NCBI GenBank assembly: GCA_951406725.2
Contig: OX597832.1
Location: 32,054,001-32,118,000, forward strand
DNA: 64,000 nt
Source: Octopus vulgaris
Lineage: Eukaryota
Direction of reading: 5' to 3'
Under the pieces are notes generated by a model. The model was not told the origin of the DNA. It worked only from the letters and a program-made list of their open reading frames with translations, and made no database searches. The translations under genes were made by a program, and so were the position numbers. Each line of letters starts with the position of its first letter. The first letter of the stretch is position 1. Positions 29,246-44,230 of this stretch are shown piece after piece.

Positions 29246-30354
29246 ACACACACACACACACATATGCGTGTGTGTATATGTGTTAGCTTATGTTAAGTCC
29301 GTGTATACAATTATGTTGCTTTGTGTATGTGTGTGTTTGCATTAGCAATTTCAGTTTGATAATTTAGTGTGTGTTCGTGTATGTGTTTGTGTGTATGTGT
29401 ATGTGTGTGTGGGAATGTGTGAGTGTGTGTGTGTGTGTGCACACGTGTGCTGTATAAATTGCCGTTTTTTTGTGAATATCTAATGAGTATTAACATGAAT
29501 GCGCACGTTTGAGATTTTTCTACTTTAACTATGGCCAGAAAAGAAGTTTAAAATCTGCTGCAGTCCACGTCAATAGCATTCGTTACTATGGCTTCCGAGA
29601 ACCCTAAAGACACCAGAGAAAATCAAATTCTTGTAATGCGATTTTGAATGTGAAGGGCGCAGCGAATGGAGAGAATCGCTGAAGGGTGAGCATATGTGGA
29701 GAGGTAGGTGTGGTGGTGGTGGTGGTGGTGGAATAGGAGGATAAAACTTAGAATGGAAAGGCGTGCGTGTGTATCTGCGAGTGTTGCTTGTAAAGAAATA
29801 CTATATGCGCTTATGGAGTGTTTGTTGTATGTACTGCGCGTGCGTGTGTGTGTGTATACGCGAGCGCGTGTGTGATTGAAGTATTTCTTGGATTGTGAAT
29901 GAGCGTGTGAATGCATGTATTTGTATGATTTGTGCGTATAAGTGTCTGTGTGTGTGCGATGCAATATGCGAGTATGTCTCTGATTTGTGAAATTGACTTG
30001 GTGAATGTGTTTAAATTTCTTGTATGGTTTTTATCAATATTATGTATGTGTGTGTGTGTGTGAGAGCATTTTTCATCGCAGCTGTGTGCGTGTGAATGCT
30101 TGTCTTAGTTGAATGTTGTAAGTGAATGTGTGTTGATATAGTTCATTTGTGTGTATCAGATTATATAGTTCTTTCTGTGTGCGTGTGTGTGTGGGTGGTT
30201 GCAAATTTGCTCGGCATTGCTGCAGGGTTCATAAAAGTAGGCGTTTATCTGTGATTGTGAATGGTTAGCAACTGCAGGGAAATATGTGTGTGTGTGCATG
30301 TGTATGTGTGTGTGTATGTGTATATGTATGTGTATTTGTGTGTGTATATATATG

Positions 30355-30403
<49 letters not shown>

Positions 30404-30429
30404 TAAAAAAATTGACAGATTCGATTAGT

Positions 30430-30720
30430 GTGTTTAAATGTTGAATAGAGACGTCTCACTCGAAGATGCGCTTATACCAGGTAGAAAGGAATACATGAGA
30501 TCACTTCTTGAGAAGACTTGCCAATTCATTCGCAGAATGGAAAGATGGAAAGCTTACATTCTCGACAAAGAAAATAAACAACAGAATGTTTCGGTACTAC
30601 ATGGAACGGTTGAATGTGAATTTAAATCATGGAGTAACCCACCTATCACTAAACACATCACAAATTTCGAGTAAAAGTTATTTAGAAAAAAAAAACTTAC
30701 CTAATAAAAGTCTAATATGA
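30430..30720 (+). mobile_element. Penelope-like element ORF N-terminal fragment
   Basis: SLEDALIPGRKEYMRSLLEKTCQFIRRMERWKAY...FKSWSNPP..ITNFE resembles the PLE N-terminal pattern SLKNIPIP..KEY..LIEK...FI.RMRWKA...GFKS...PP....FE. Confidence 0.7.
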
Positions 30721-31923
30721 AATCCACCTCTTACTACTAATTAATACTGCACACACACACACGCACATACACACACACATACACACATACACACACACAT
30801 ACACACACACATACACACACACATACACACATACATATATGTATATATACGTGACGATTTTAAGATATGAGTGCGTGTGGTGTGTATGGCATGTGTATTT
30901 TTATGCGTAGATGTGTATGCGGAGGATGCTAGTAAATTAAGCAAACCCGTGTAATGAGAGGTTTCGGTGTGTAAATCTGTGTAGCCGTATGTGTGGATAT
31001 GTTCTCAGAATGTGTGTGTGTGTGTGTATGTCTGTCTGTGTGTGTGCATCAATGTATATATATTCGTAAAACATGGCAACAGTTGTTTCAGGGAACCAAT
31101 TAAGCTTGGCTAAGCATTATTTGAGAAACTTTTACGATGCAACGCGACCATACGAGCAGCTTAGAAACCGTGATTTTTGTTATAAGATTATGCAATCCAT
31201 TCCTATAATACACTGTGCTGAAATGTGTTATATAATTCAGAACACGATTAGCAAGTCCGAATCTGCCACACACAAATACATATACACAAATATCAGATTT
31301 GGCATAGAGGCCAAATGCCAAATGCCAAATTTTTATCTTAAATTCCTGCCTTACCTCTAAACAATTAATTTTGAATTCTGCTTGAAATATCAAAATGCTT
31401 TGTTACATAAAGTGTTCATTGCTCTCATCTAATTTACCTTTTCGAACATTCAGGAAACATTCTAGACTGCTACAGATTATCAGCATATAAAGACGGTAAG
31501 ACGGTGAGGGCGAGAGAAAGAGAGGGAGGAAGCGACAGACAGAGATCATGAGAGAGAGAGAGAGAGAGTGTGTGAGATTTGGAGATTGTAAGAGACCTTA
31601 TGCCATTGTTACATCAGACATTGGTTAAAATTCCGAGGTATTTATATCGTATGTTACCCTCAGGTCAACTTTCCAAAATTGCTGACTTTTTCTAATTTAG
31701 TAACACGAATTTCTTTGGCTCTCAGCAGTAACTAATAGGAAGCGAAATATTGTAATTCTTCAATTCCGTAGATACACGTATATCAGTTGTAAACAGCCGA
31801 CGGCCTCGCTGATATTTGGAGAACAGACGCAAACATCGACACAGGGAAAGCATACACTCATACACACACACACACTGATACATATGTGTATGTATGTATG
31901 CATGTTTGTGTGTATGTGTGTGT

Positions 31924-31980
<57 letters not shown>

Positions 31981-32010
31981 TATATTATATATATAATATA
32001 ATATATATAT

Positions 32011-32054
32011 ATGGCCACAGCTCATAAGCTGAAACTAGAATCAATCAATCAATC
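32011..32054 (+). mobile_element. 44-bp extreme 5'-truncation of the young LINE, inserted in (TA)n
   Basis: atggccacagctcataagctgaaactagaatcaatcaatcaatc is identical to the reverse complement of 8512-8555. Confidence 0.9.
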
Positions 32055-32439
32055 ATATATATATATTAAATTATATATATATATTATATTATATTATATT
32101 ATACATATATATATTATATTATATTATATACATATATATACATATATATATGTATGTATTCTTACATAGAATTATATATACATACGTGTGTGCGTAGTTT
32201 GTTTGTGCGTAATCTGTGTGTGTGTGTGCGTGTGTGTGCATGTATGAGAACGGTTTTTTTATAACCGACAATCAGTGCACAATTCAAATATAATCTATTC
32301 TTTCATTCAAAAATCTTTCCCTCGGTGTTTAGCGGCTCCGGTCCGCTCTGCGACACACCTCAAAGTCACATATCACGCAGCATTTTGCACAAATATGGAT
32401 ACGCACATATATAACTATGTAGGTGGTAAACTTTGTGTC

Positions 32440-32470
<31 letters not shown>

Positions 32471-32497
32471 GTGTATACACAGAAACACACACACACA

Positions 32498-32542
<45 letters not shown>

Positions 32543-33837
32543 GTATATATATACGTATATATATATACATATATGTATGTATTTATATATATATATGCAT
32601 ATATACATGTGCGTATGTTTCTATTTCTATATATGCGTATATATACACATGTGTGCACACACATACGCGCGCACGCACGCACACATATATATATGTATAT
32701 GCTTACACGCCATCACATATATACATAAAATGTGTACATGTTTGAGGAACCTAGACTTTCGGCGCAGTCTATCTTCGTTTAAGAATCAAGGATGAATATA
32801 TTCGGTCTCACTGTAAAGAATAATCTTTTTTCAATTATGGAGCAAAAGATAACATCAAAATAACTGAATGGACGAAAGGAATGGCGATGCAAAGAAAGCG
32901 GTTGAGAAGCGACCTGCCTTGTACAATCTGTGGAATTCAAAGAGGTGTCACTCACCGCATAAGTAGTTTCCCGAACACTTCATCATAGTATTACCTGCCA
33001 ACGATACGTTCTGGCTAGGACATTATACAAAGGAATCTGTAGAACGGATAATACGGAGGAGGCACTTACGAGCTCGAGTGTTCTTAAGCTAGAATCAGCG
33101 ATAAAATGAAAGAATACTTGTAAAATGGTTTCGCGAAATCTTCACCAAAATGCAATTCCAATTATAAATGACCGGACAGAAGGAGCTGCGGCTGAGAAAA
33201 ATATGCACCGTAGTTAAAATCAGTTGCACACCAGATGTTCATTGATTAGTGATGAGATATAAATAAAATAAATAAAATAAGTAAATATAATCTCCAAGAA
33301 AGGAATCAGAAATCTGCATTAAGTTCATTTGCGGTTTAGATTTTTATTTGAAAGTATTACGCCGCTCGAACACGTGACTTTACATCCTCCTTGACAATCT
33401 AAAAATCCTGGATGTCAGACAACCTCAAAGACCGGGCGTAATCAAAGAATGAGGTCTGCAAGGCATCAGTGGTAATGTCAGAATATCGAAAACATCTAAG
33501 ATGCTTTACATACATGTTTCTAGAGACGTTTAGACATGCAGACCAGTTTATGCAGACATATACAAATGACCTCTACACTTCGGTGTGTATATGCATATAT
33601 GCTTATATGATTGCGACCTCAATAAAAAAAAAATCAGAGATCCTTCCTGAGCCATTGACCCATAAAGCCGGCTTATTTGATTCTGTGGTTAACATCCCTG
33701 TTGAATACCAGCATCCCTTGACGAGGCAGTGATCCTTTGCAGGATTACTAAGTTTTGTCAGGTGTGTAAACTAGAACAACGCCAAAGTAAAGAACACACC
33801 GCATCGCCCAGTCCAGGACTGAAAACCACGATCACGC

Positions 33838-33889
33838 GTGTAACATGTTAGTGTAACATGTTAGTGTAACATGTGAGTGTAACATGTGA
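33838..33889. repeat. 4 x 13-bp tandem repeat (gtgtaacatgtta/ga) inside a degraded SINE head
   Basis: Direct inspection; preceded by SINE-like ccagtccaggactgaaaaccacgatc. Confidence 0.9.
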
Positions 33890-34066
33890 GTGAGCAATGT
33901 GCTTCTCTACCTATTCACCCGAACTTCCTGACAACCGTCATATATTCTTATAATTCTACTCTGTTGATGTCGTCTAAATTCCATTCAAATCAATGTTTCC
34001 AGGACAAAATCTCTTCTCCCAATGATATTTGAAAATAAATTAGGAAAACAGGCAAAATTTTGTCTG

Positions 34067-34082
<16 letters not shown>

Positions 34083-34106
<24 letters not shown>

Positions 34107-34232
34107 GGTCCCGGGTTGATTCGGGGTTAACCACAGTAAGTAAGGTACTCAATACATAGCAGAGTAAAATTAATTTATTATATAGAAGGAGCTTCTACAG
34201 GACTAGTACTGTTTCATTCAAGAGAAATCTTA
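34083..34232 (-). mobile_element. Repeat truncated within an HHR core, in (TA)n
   Basis: Minus strand (TA)n-AAGA-TTTC(TCTT)GAAT-GAAAC-AGTACTA-GTC. Confidence 0.5.
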
Positions 34233-35579
34233 TATATATATATACATCTTCTATTTGAACGTAGTAATGCACCAAGTTTTCTAATCCGGTTCACAGGTTT
34301 TCAGACACTGCATTTGCACAGACGTGTTACACGTTTGGATTTGAGTGTGTGCAAAACGTGTATTTATTTCAGTTGCTCAGAATTGAAATTTATAAGTTAT
34401 ACCGAGGAAATGTCACTTTAACTAAAGTAAGACTCTCACCGCCATTTTCTATCCATAAATCACGATTAATAATTCATAAATTATTCTGTATTTCACTAAC
34501 TCTCTCACTCTCTCTCTCTCTCCCTCTCTCCAGCAGCGAGATAAACTCACTGTGTTTCATATATATATATATCTAGTGTGCGATAAAACGAAAATCAACA
34601 ATTCCATTTCCTCTTTTGATATATCGTTATCTTTGTATTACTCTTGTGTGTCCTTTCTTTTATTGTTGCAGGCCTTTCCAAAGTTAATGAAGTTGAATCT
34701 GTCAGCCATTTTTGTTTTGTAAGTTCTTCGTTACATTTTTACCAATGTATTTCATATGCAGGTGCTTGTATTTAGAAAATATGATATGTTTATTGAAGAT
34801 GAAGCACTCCGTGAATCGTAATAAAACTGCAAATCTGACAGCGAATGAACACAAGGTGGACTGCTTGATCGCTGTGTCAAGCAATGGTATTATAAAACAC
34901 ACAATTGGCTTTGAGATTCAGTGCAGCTCATGGTCAGTATAGCACAGTAAATAACCACAGTGAGTGTATAGCGTCTGTAACTAGCCATTGAGCGTCGGGG
35001 GTTATAAGACAGATCAACCTCTATTACCTCACCGTTGAGCTGATTCGTCTATCATAGTGTATAACGTCTCTAAACAACTATGGAGACGTGTAACCTATCA
35101 CAGTGACTAACTTTGGAATCAGCCATAGATTTGAGAAACGTATCGTAGAGACTAAAGTGTGTAAACAACCATAAGACTGCGAAACCCACCGGAAGTAGTA
35201 CACGTTGGAGTGGTTGACCAGTGAAACTGGCAACTGATCACTTGCACTGAGTAGGGTCCAGCAACAAATTGATTGACCAATTGTATTAGTGACATATTAA
35301 TGGCATTAGGCAGAGTGGTTCATAAAATAAAAGACTGGGCAGAGACTGACGATGGGTCAGTGACATTGTGCCTATGGTGTCATGAGTGAAACGCTTGGAC
35401 TGTGGATATGATGTGACCATCAAGTTTGATAACATGGAGTGTCTGAAACTTAAAAGCAGTCTGAGAAGTGCGAAAATAATTCTAAATTTTCTCTGGGTGT
35501 GAGTGCACTATTCATATCTGTGTGGAGCTATAGATAAAGATCATAAGGTATGTAGAGTATCTCACATTTACTAACATTA

Positions 35580-36000
35580 ACCCATCAGCAAATATGGGTT
35601 ATAGCGTAGGTGACCTCAGCCGAATTCGTGTTTAGGGAGGGAGGGGACACAGCCCGTAAGGTAATTGATCCGTACTCTGACGTATCTTTCAGTACTCTGC
35701 CTCGAATATGGTTCCCTAAATATTTTACCTCAATATGATAAAAAAAAAACTTAGGCAATGCTCTTTCAACATTCAATGGTTCTGATATAAATACTGCTGG
35801 ATAGCAGGAAAGGTAGAGGAGATAATAAGATACCAGTTCTCTGCTTTATTCGCATTGAGTCCTTCCGCCTAACCTCTAAGATCAATTCCGAATCGATGTC
35901 CATTTGTATTTCGTTACCGATCCAAGTACAAAGCTGAGTTAACAATATCTTTGGTTTCATAAAGGATGAGAGAAAATAGAAACTTAGTCACAACAGCTGT
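35580..36000 (-). mobile_element. Degraded L1/Tx1-like ORF2 fragment
   Basis: ILLTQLCTWIGNEIQMD and ERALPKFFF resemble the post-RT Tx1 pattern LLGVWFGPDLQ..KNW / LER.LF.FLW. Confidence 0.4.
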
Positions 36001-37629
36001 ATCTTCCGTTTTGTAATCTGCGATGGTACCTACTTCAAACGAGGAACACTTGTTAAATTCCATTTTCTTAAATTCGATGTTTTATATCATAGTTGTACAC
36101 AAGGCTTCTCATTTATAAGGAGGACATTTATGGATATTTTCTATAATATTTGCTGCTGGACACTGTCATCACTGAACACTAAACCATGTCAAATATATTT
36201 TGGAGGCAAACTTTCATATCTTAACAGAAGAAGGAGACCAGTCAACTACAGACAACACGAGACTGAGAATGTAACGAAACTAAAGAGAATTTTCTGGCAG
36301 GGCGAGGAGAAACGCAAAGCAGTTATCGTCATATAAAGAAGGTATCGTATGACGTTTGTCTGGTCCATTTCTTTCTCTCTTTGGAAATTTCTACAATACT
36401 ACTGAGCACATTTTTAATTAGTTTCATATAAAAGTCATTTCCAGAGCAATTTTCTGATTCTATTTGAGTCCAACTATTATCACAACCTTGGATATTCTAT
36501 TCTGAAAACGATAATTAGCCAAAAGGAAAATAATATTCGGCTATGATCTTTTTTACGGTGCTTTTTTACAGTGCCATTATAACCAACGTTTTTTGGGTAT
36601 AATGGACGAATGTATATTTATACCAACGAAGGAAGCGAAATGCTTCAAACAAGATTTCGCTAAAGGCACAAAATGGATGAGTGAAACGGAAAAACCTGCA
36701 TTGAAGGGTCCCCCGGTGGTTTTAAAACTCTTTTATCAAATTTCATCTGCAACGTGTTTGTTGTTTCCTAAACAATACTTTGCAGCAAAACAGCAAAGTT
36801 GTAAACGTACACGAAATAAAAGAGAAAAGTTCCAATATATTTTTCCTAAAAATAAACAATGTTTTGCTTCCAAAATTACAATATGTTTCTGCAATTTAAA
36901 AAGTATTATTTCAACGCAAATATCATTTATCAGACTCGGATCGAAGGCAGGTTATTTTATTAATGTCTTTCCATTCCATATTAATTTCCGATTGCTGCTT
37001 ATTTATGCATTTTGACGTATTGCGTATTTTCGTAGTCTGCATTTTGCGTTTAAGTCTTGTATTTTGTTTGTTCTGTTTATATGAAGACCAAGTGATTTAG
37101 GACAAGACTCGTGACGACTCTCATCATGATAGACACACTCGAAACCGTTTCAATAAAACGCACTTTTAATAACGGCGAAACAAGTTCAACAATTGTTTGT
37201 ACGCCGATCAGCATGAGATTTTAATCATATGTAGCTTTTGATATAATCAGAGTTTCTTTTTTGTTTTTATTTTCTTAAACAAATAGTTGTTTGCCTGACT
37301 TGGAAATTCAATATCACAGACATCATATTATGTTAGCCGAGACCATTAAATATAATTTTTGACACTGCTGTGTATAAATGAATATCAAACATTGAATGTT
37401 TGTCTGGTTACTTTAGGTTTTTGTAGTTTTTCAAAATCATTTTTACTTGTTGCTGTTTCAAATTTTCCCTTTCAATAATAGAGACATTTGATCAAACATC
37501 TGATGGCGTTTCATGGTAAATTGGAAAAAGAAAATGAACAAAAATACACAGAAAACTAACTGAACTGCAATCATGATTTCCAAAGAGGGAACAAACATGT
37601 GCGTATATATACATACATATACACACATA

Positions 37630-37678
<49 letters not shown>

Positions 37679-37875
37679 AATATATATGTATGGATGTACA
37701 TATATATATATATATGTATATGTGCGTATATATACATACATGCATACATACATATACATACATACGTATGTATATATATATATACTTGTACATATATACT
37801 TATATATATATATATGTGTATATGTGTGTTTGTATATATACATGCACATATACATTTAAATATATACAGGTATAA

Positions 37876-37929
<54 letters not shown>

Positions 37930-38146
37930 CTATATATATGTATATATGTGTGTGTATGTTTGTGTGTGTATGTCTACGTGTGTGTGTATGTCATATATAT
38001 ATATATATATGAAGCGTGAATGTGTGTGTATGTGTTCGTTGTCATGGAACCGTGTTTATACGTTTATTAGAAAAGGCAAACATAAATTTACTGACGCTCA
38101 AAGATAGAAAGAGACTGCACGCGTGAGTATGAGCGTGTTTATGCAT

Positions 38147-38177
<31 letters not shown>

Positions 38178-38960
38178 ATGTGCCTGCGTTTATGTGTGTA
38201 TGTCTGTGCGTGTGTGCACGCGCGGACGAGTTCAATCTTTTGAAGAATGTGTGATGGAAATTTACGGAAAGAGCACGCAAAGTAGACACCATAAATTGAA
38301 CATTACTGGAAGGACAAATAAAAGGGATAAAGAGTGATAGGGATAATTGAGATGAATCGATGAACTGATAGAGAGAACAGAGGCATGCACTGTAGACAAT
38401 ACATACAGGCAGACAAACATACATACACGCATACACGCATATATAGTTTTGTACATTGAATGCTATAAATATATATATACAAAGGTGCGGTTCATTCCCT
38501 CCTTCTCTAGTACTAACTCGTTTAAATTCCAGATGATGTGATTGTCTCTTTTATAACATAGTATGAGAAGAAACCATTGCAGTTATCGGTAGGGAAAGCT
38601 GAGGTTTAGCGTCTGAGATACTCTGGACTCAGGACGACCCCCCAACCACCCGACAAAAAGAAAGAGAAAAGATGAAGAAAACAGCGGAACGGGAAAGACG
38701 CAAAACATATCTCCATAAATTTAATAGTGAACATTTTTTCGCGACAAGTTTACCATTCTCCAAATGATTCAACGACTTCGATCGGGCAAAAGGCAAGATC
38801 ACCAGAGATATAAACACAATAGATTCCAAGTGTGTTCTTTTGGCGTATGGATTAACATGCAAAAGGACAGACGCATAAACACAACCATAAAAATTCACAT
38901 ACACATACGTGCACGCGCACTGATTGCAGTTCTGAGAGATTCTAGTTGCCAGTTTTAATA

Positions 38961-39024
<64 letters not shown>

Positions 39025-39454
39025 GAGCAAGACATCCTCCGTCCTATACACGGTGCTTCAAACCAAATTTACTCAAAACAACTTGTCCGACCGTCCCATG
39101 GGCCGCCCCTTTGAGAAACACTGATTTAACCTAAATTTGACACACCAGCAAAAGAAGAAATAAAGATAGACTTTTTTCTATTCCAAAGAAAAACGAATAT
39201 ATTCATACAAATATGCAACCGAAGAGTTTAAAGTACCAGTATTGATAAGGCTGTTGACTGGGAGAACACAAACGTGGTTTAATCAGTAAGCTTGGCAGGA
39301 AAGAAACGTGCCTTTAAGCAGTACAAATACAACAAAAAATAGAAGGTGCAGTTATGTACAGGTTGACCGAAGAAAAGCAGGACTAAATTGGCTTTATCGA
39401 TCACATTCTCACCTGGAATCGATTTTTGTAATTTTTTCAAGACTTATACACGCC

Positions 39455-39625
39455 CTAATACCTATTTCTTTATTACCCGCAAGGGGCTAAACACAGAGGG
39501 GACAAACAAGGACAGACAAAGGGATTAAGTCGATTACATCGACCACCAGTGCGTAACTGGTACTTAATTTATCGACCCCGAAAGGATGAAGGGCAAAGTC
39601 GACCTCGGCGGAATTTGAACTCGGT
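39455..39625 (-). mobile_element. SINE (family of 1371-1583), 5'-interrupted
   Basis: aagtcgattacatcgac...actggtacttaatttatcgaccccgaaaggatgaagggcaaagtcgacctcggcggaatttgaactc. Confidence 0.85.
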
Positions 39626-39721
39626 ATTTACATATCAAATTTGAGCGCAATCGGACGGAGGATGACCGAGATCCTAGAAGACACACAGACAGACAGACAG
39701 AACGGATTTTATATAATAGAT
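39625..39721 (-). mobile_element. Possible non-autonomous Helitron-like 5' end
   Basis: Minus strand aTCtattatataaaa + (tctg)n + ccgattgcgctcaaattt, the layout of Lep1-type Helitron ends. Confidence 0.4.
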
Positions 39722-39759
39722 GTACATACACACACATCTAGCTATCCGTGCGATGCATA

Positions 39760-39840
<81 letters not shown>

Positions 39841-40098
39841 GTCTATCTGTCTGTCTGTCTCTCTGTGTCTCTCTCTCTTCTCCCTCTCTCTCTATACATA
39901 TATTATTTTATTCTTTTACTGGTTTCACCCATGCGGCTGCGGTCATACATACATACAAACATACATACATACATACATACATAGATACATACATACATAC
40001 ATACATGCATACATACATACATGCATACATACACACACACATGCATACATACATACATACATACATACATACATGCATACATACATACATGCATGCAT

Positions 40099-40129
<31 letters not shown>

Positions 40130-40599
40130 TGTATACATACATACCTTACATACATACATACATGCATGTATACACACGTACATATAAATATAAATACGTA
40201 AAATGAGAGAGAGACTAATTTTCGTTCCGTTTCTTTCCGATTCGTTTATTTGACTGAAATCGTTTTCGTATATTCTCCTTATATGGTAAGTTTGGTGCAG
40301 GCAGCAATATATGAGTGGGTGGTTTATGAGGGTGGCGGTGGTGCGGAGGAAAAGTGAAAGTGGTATAGAAAGAGAGAGTGAAAGAGAAAAAAGAGAGAGT
40401 TTATGAGTTATGAATTGATATAAAAAACACTAACTGTAGCGGAATGGGGGGCGGGGGTAATGTTTGTCGAATCTCCTGTAAATATGTATAAATGCCACAT
40501 CAAACAATTGGTTTACTGGAAAACCATAGTTTTATTAGACTATAATGAGTTGAACTGAATACAATTAACAATATGAGTTGTTTTTTTTATAGCAAAAAT

Positions 40600-40787
40600 G
40601 AAAACAACGACAATAATAACAGCGTCGACATTGGGAGCCGTGCGGACGTTAGAATGGGTGACTGAAGGTAAGCAATGAGACATTCAAAACACTCATGGAA
40701 AAGCAAATAAATATTTATTGGAATCGAAAATAAATGAAGAACAGCGGTTGCGAAAACAACTGGCGGGAACAAACACGAGAAAGCACC

Positions 40788-40790
<3 letters not shown>
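40600..40790 (+). mobile_element. Very degraded R4/Dong-like RLE C-terminus
   Basis: IITASTLGAV and RLRKQLAGTNTRK resemble IPIIVGALGMI and IQKIALLGTAHILRR of the ORF at 41835-43268; runs into (AAT)n. Confidence 0.4.
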
Positions 40791-41567
<777 letters not shown>

Positions 41568-41572
<5 letters not shown>

Positions 41573-41646
41573 AACACAGCACATACCCAAGGCACACAGA
41601 GCTGCGCTCGGTAGTGAAGTGAAAGCACGCTATAAAAATAAAACTA

Positions 41647-41649
<3 letters not shown>
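41568..41649 (+). mobile_element. Solo 3' UTR of the R4/Dong-like element
   Basis: Near-identical to 43285-43371. Confidence 0.9.
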
Positions 41650-41733
<84 letters not shown>

Positions 41734-41752
41734 AATGATAATAATAATAATG

Positions 41753-41804
<52 letters not shown>

Positions 41805-41805
<1 letters not shown>

Positions 41806-43268
41806 TTGGATTAGAAAAATGCGCCAAAGTAACCATGAAAAGAGGAAAACTAGTTAAGAGTAACAACATCACACTAGATAAAACCAATGAAATAAAAGAA
41901 TTAGACCAAAGCCAAACTTACAAATACTTAGGAATCCATGAACTAGATAAGACACAACACACACAAATGAAAGAGAAAATAAAAAAAGAATATTATAGAC
42001 GAGTTAGATCAATACTAAACACAGAGCTCAATGCTAAAAACAAGATAATAGGTATCAACACTTTAGCTGTCCCAGTTATAAGTTACAGCTACAATATCCT
42101 TAACTGGACACGAAATGAACTGACCAAAATAGATAGGAAAACAAGAAAAATAATGACAGGATCTAGGATGCATCACCCAAAATCTGACATAGAAAGACTA
42201 TATATACAACGTATGGAAGGTGGTAGAGGCCTTATACAGCTGGAAAACTACTATAAAATAACCACCATAGGACTGCAAAAATATCTACTTCAGAAGGAAG
42301 GAAAACTGATCCAGATAGCGGCAAAACACGAGCAAAACAAAAAACTGTTCTCAGTATTTAAGGAAGCTGACAAATACAAACAAGAAATCATACCACCTAA
42401 TAAACATGAAGAAGAAGAAGAAGATGAAGAAACAACAAAAGCTATAAAACAAATGAAATCCAAACTAAAAACAGAACAGCAACGAACCATGATAAAACGA
42501 TGGCAAGAAAAGCCCCTTCATGGTAAATACTGGACTAAACTAAACGCAAAAGAAATAGACAAAGAAAAATCCCAGCAATGGTTGAGAAGCTCAGGACTCA
42601 AAGCAGAAACAGAGGGATTTTTAATTGCAGCACAAGACCAAAGCCTCCCCACCAGAAATTACCAAAAACATGTAATGAAAAGAAATATTACAAGTAACTG
42701 CAGAATATGTGGAGATGGACAAGAAACAATAAATCATATTATCTCTAGCTGCCCAGTCCTGGCTAAGAAGGAATATATTCACAGACATGACAGAGTTGGA
42801 ACCTACATACATTGGAAGCTATGCCAACATTATGGAATAACAACAGAAAAAAGATGGTATAGGCACACACCAGAAAAGGTCACAGAAAACGAGAAAGCAA
42901 CCATACTCTGGGATATGCCGATACACACAGATAGAGAAATTAAGGCCAACAGACCAGATATAGTTGTCAGAGATCATGAAGAAAAAAAATGCTTTTTAAT
43001 TGATGTATCAATACCGGCAGATGACAACGTGTCTCTAAAAGAAATGGAGAAACTCTCAAAATACAAAGACCTGGAAATAGAGGTAACTAGAATGTGGAAT
43101 CTGAAAACAGAAACAATTCCTATCATAGTAGGTGCATTAGGCATGATAAAAAAATATTCAGACAAATACATAACAAAAACACCAGGACTTACAAACACAT
43201 ATAACATACAGAAAATTGCACTACTAGGCACTGCCCACATCCTACGCAGAACACTTTCCATACAATAA
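41805..43268 (+). CDS. RT thumb + CCHC zinc knuckle + restriction-like endonuclease (truncated ORF)
   Basis: FGLEKC, YKYLG, GGRGL, CRIC..ETINHIISSC, RHD, RPDIV...IDVS...EK.SKY (PD-(D/E)xK). Confidence 0.93.
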
Positions 43269-43368
43269 CCATCAGAGCATCACAACAAATCACAGCACAT
43301 ACCCAAGGCACACAGAGCTGCGCTCGGTAGTGAAGTGAAAGCACGCTATAAAAATAAAAATAAAACTA

Positions 43369-43371
<3 letters not shown>
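41805..43371 (+). mobile_element. Young 5'-truncated R4/Dong-like (RLE) non-LTR retrotransposon in (AAT)n
   Basis: Intact ORF, 3' UTR and (AAT)n on both flanks. Confidence 0.9.
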
Positions 43372-43443
<72 letters not shown>

Positions 43444-43459
43444 AAGAATGATAATAATG

Positions 43460-43523
<64 letters not shown>

Positions 43524-43582
43524 AGATGACGATGATGATAATAATAACAACAACAACAGCAATAATAATAATAATGATAATG

Positions 43583-43752
43583 GTTTCAAACCTTGCCACA
43601 AAGGCAGCAATTTTGGGGGAGGGTGAATCGATTAAATCGACTCAGTGCATAACTGTTACTCGTTTCATCGTCCCGAATGGATGAGAGGCAAAGTTGATCT
43701 GGACGGAATTTGAACTCAGAACGTAGCTAGGGGCGAAATACCGCTAAGCACT
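43583..43752 (-). mobile_element. SINE (family of 1371-1583)
   Basis: Shared core and head sequence. Confidence 0.8.
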
Positions 43753-43829
43753 TTACTAAGCATTTACATTGATCAAAGGGAGACGTTAAAGAAGGATAAT
43801 TAGTAGAGATGGGAAAAATGATAAATAAT

Positions 43830-44230
43830 TAAATAAATACAATCCCCAATAGCGGGAATCCGGTGTAAACCCCTCTCGAAAATCCCAGGATACTCTACCA
43901 TCTCCGAAGTATGGGAAAGTGACCCCCTCTAGTTTGTTTCCTCCTGCTTAGAAAAGCACAATCAGAATCGTTCCATTCGGTCTCACCAGTCGTGTTACTG
44001 TCGACGACCTTTTGATAAGCACACTAGAAGGCAGCACCTATCTCTTTAGCCTCTCATTGCGCTTCAAATTATATTTGAAGTAATTGATGAGGGCTTGGTT
44101 AGATAGGGACAAGGCCAGATGTGCTTCAATTGTAGAAAGCACAAATATATGTCGGAGCTTGTTCAATTCTGGATGAGGTCAATGTTTTCGTTCTGTCATC
44201 GTTCCGAGACATTCAGAAGTAAGGATTGAA
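43830..44230 (-). mobile_element. Degraded L1/Tx1-like 3' end
   Basis: Minus strand NQALINYFKYNLKR..RLKR*VL; recognised by resemblance only. Confidence 0.4.

Noticed and set aside
33838-35195. CRISPR-like array
   Set aside because: Eukaryotic context; repeats are contiguous or degenerate, with no constant repeat/unique spacer pattern and no cas genes
35340-35405. CTGACGA...GAAAC with an internal hairpin
   Set aside because: No NUH triplet or stem I, and the base of stem II is unpaired
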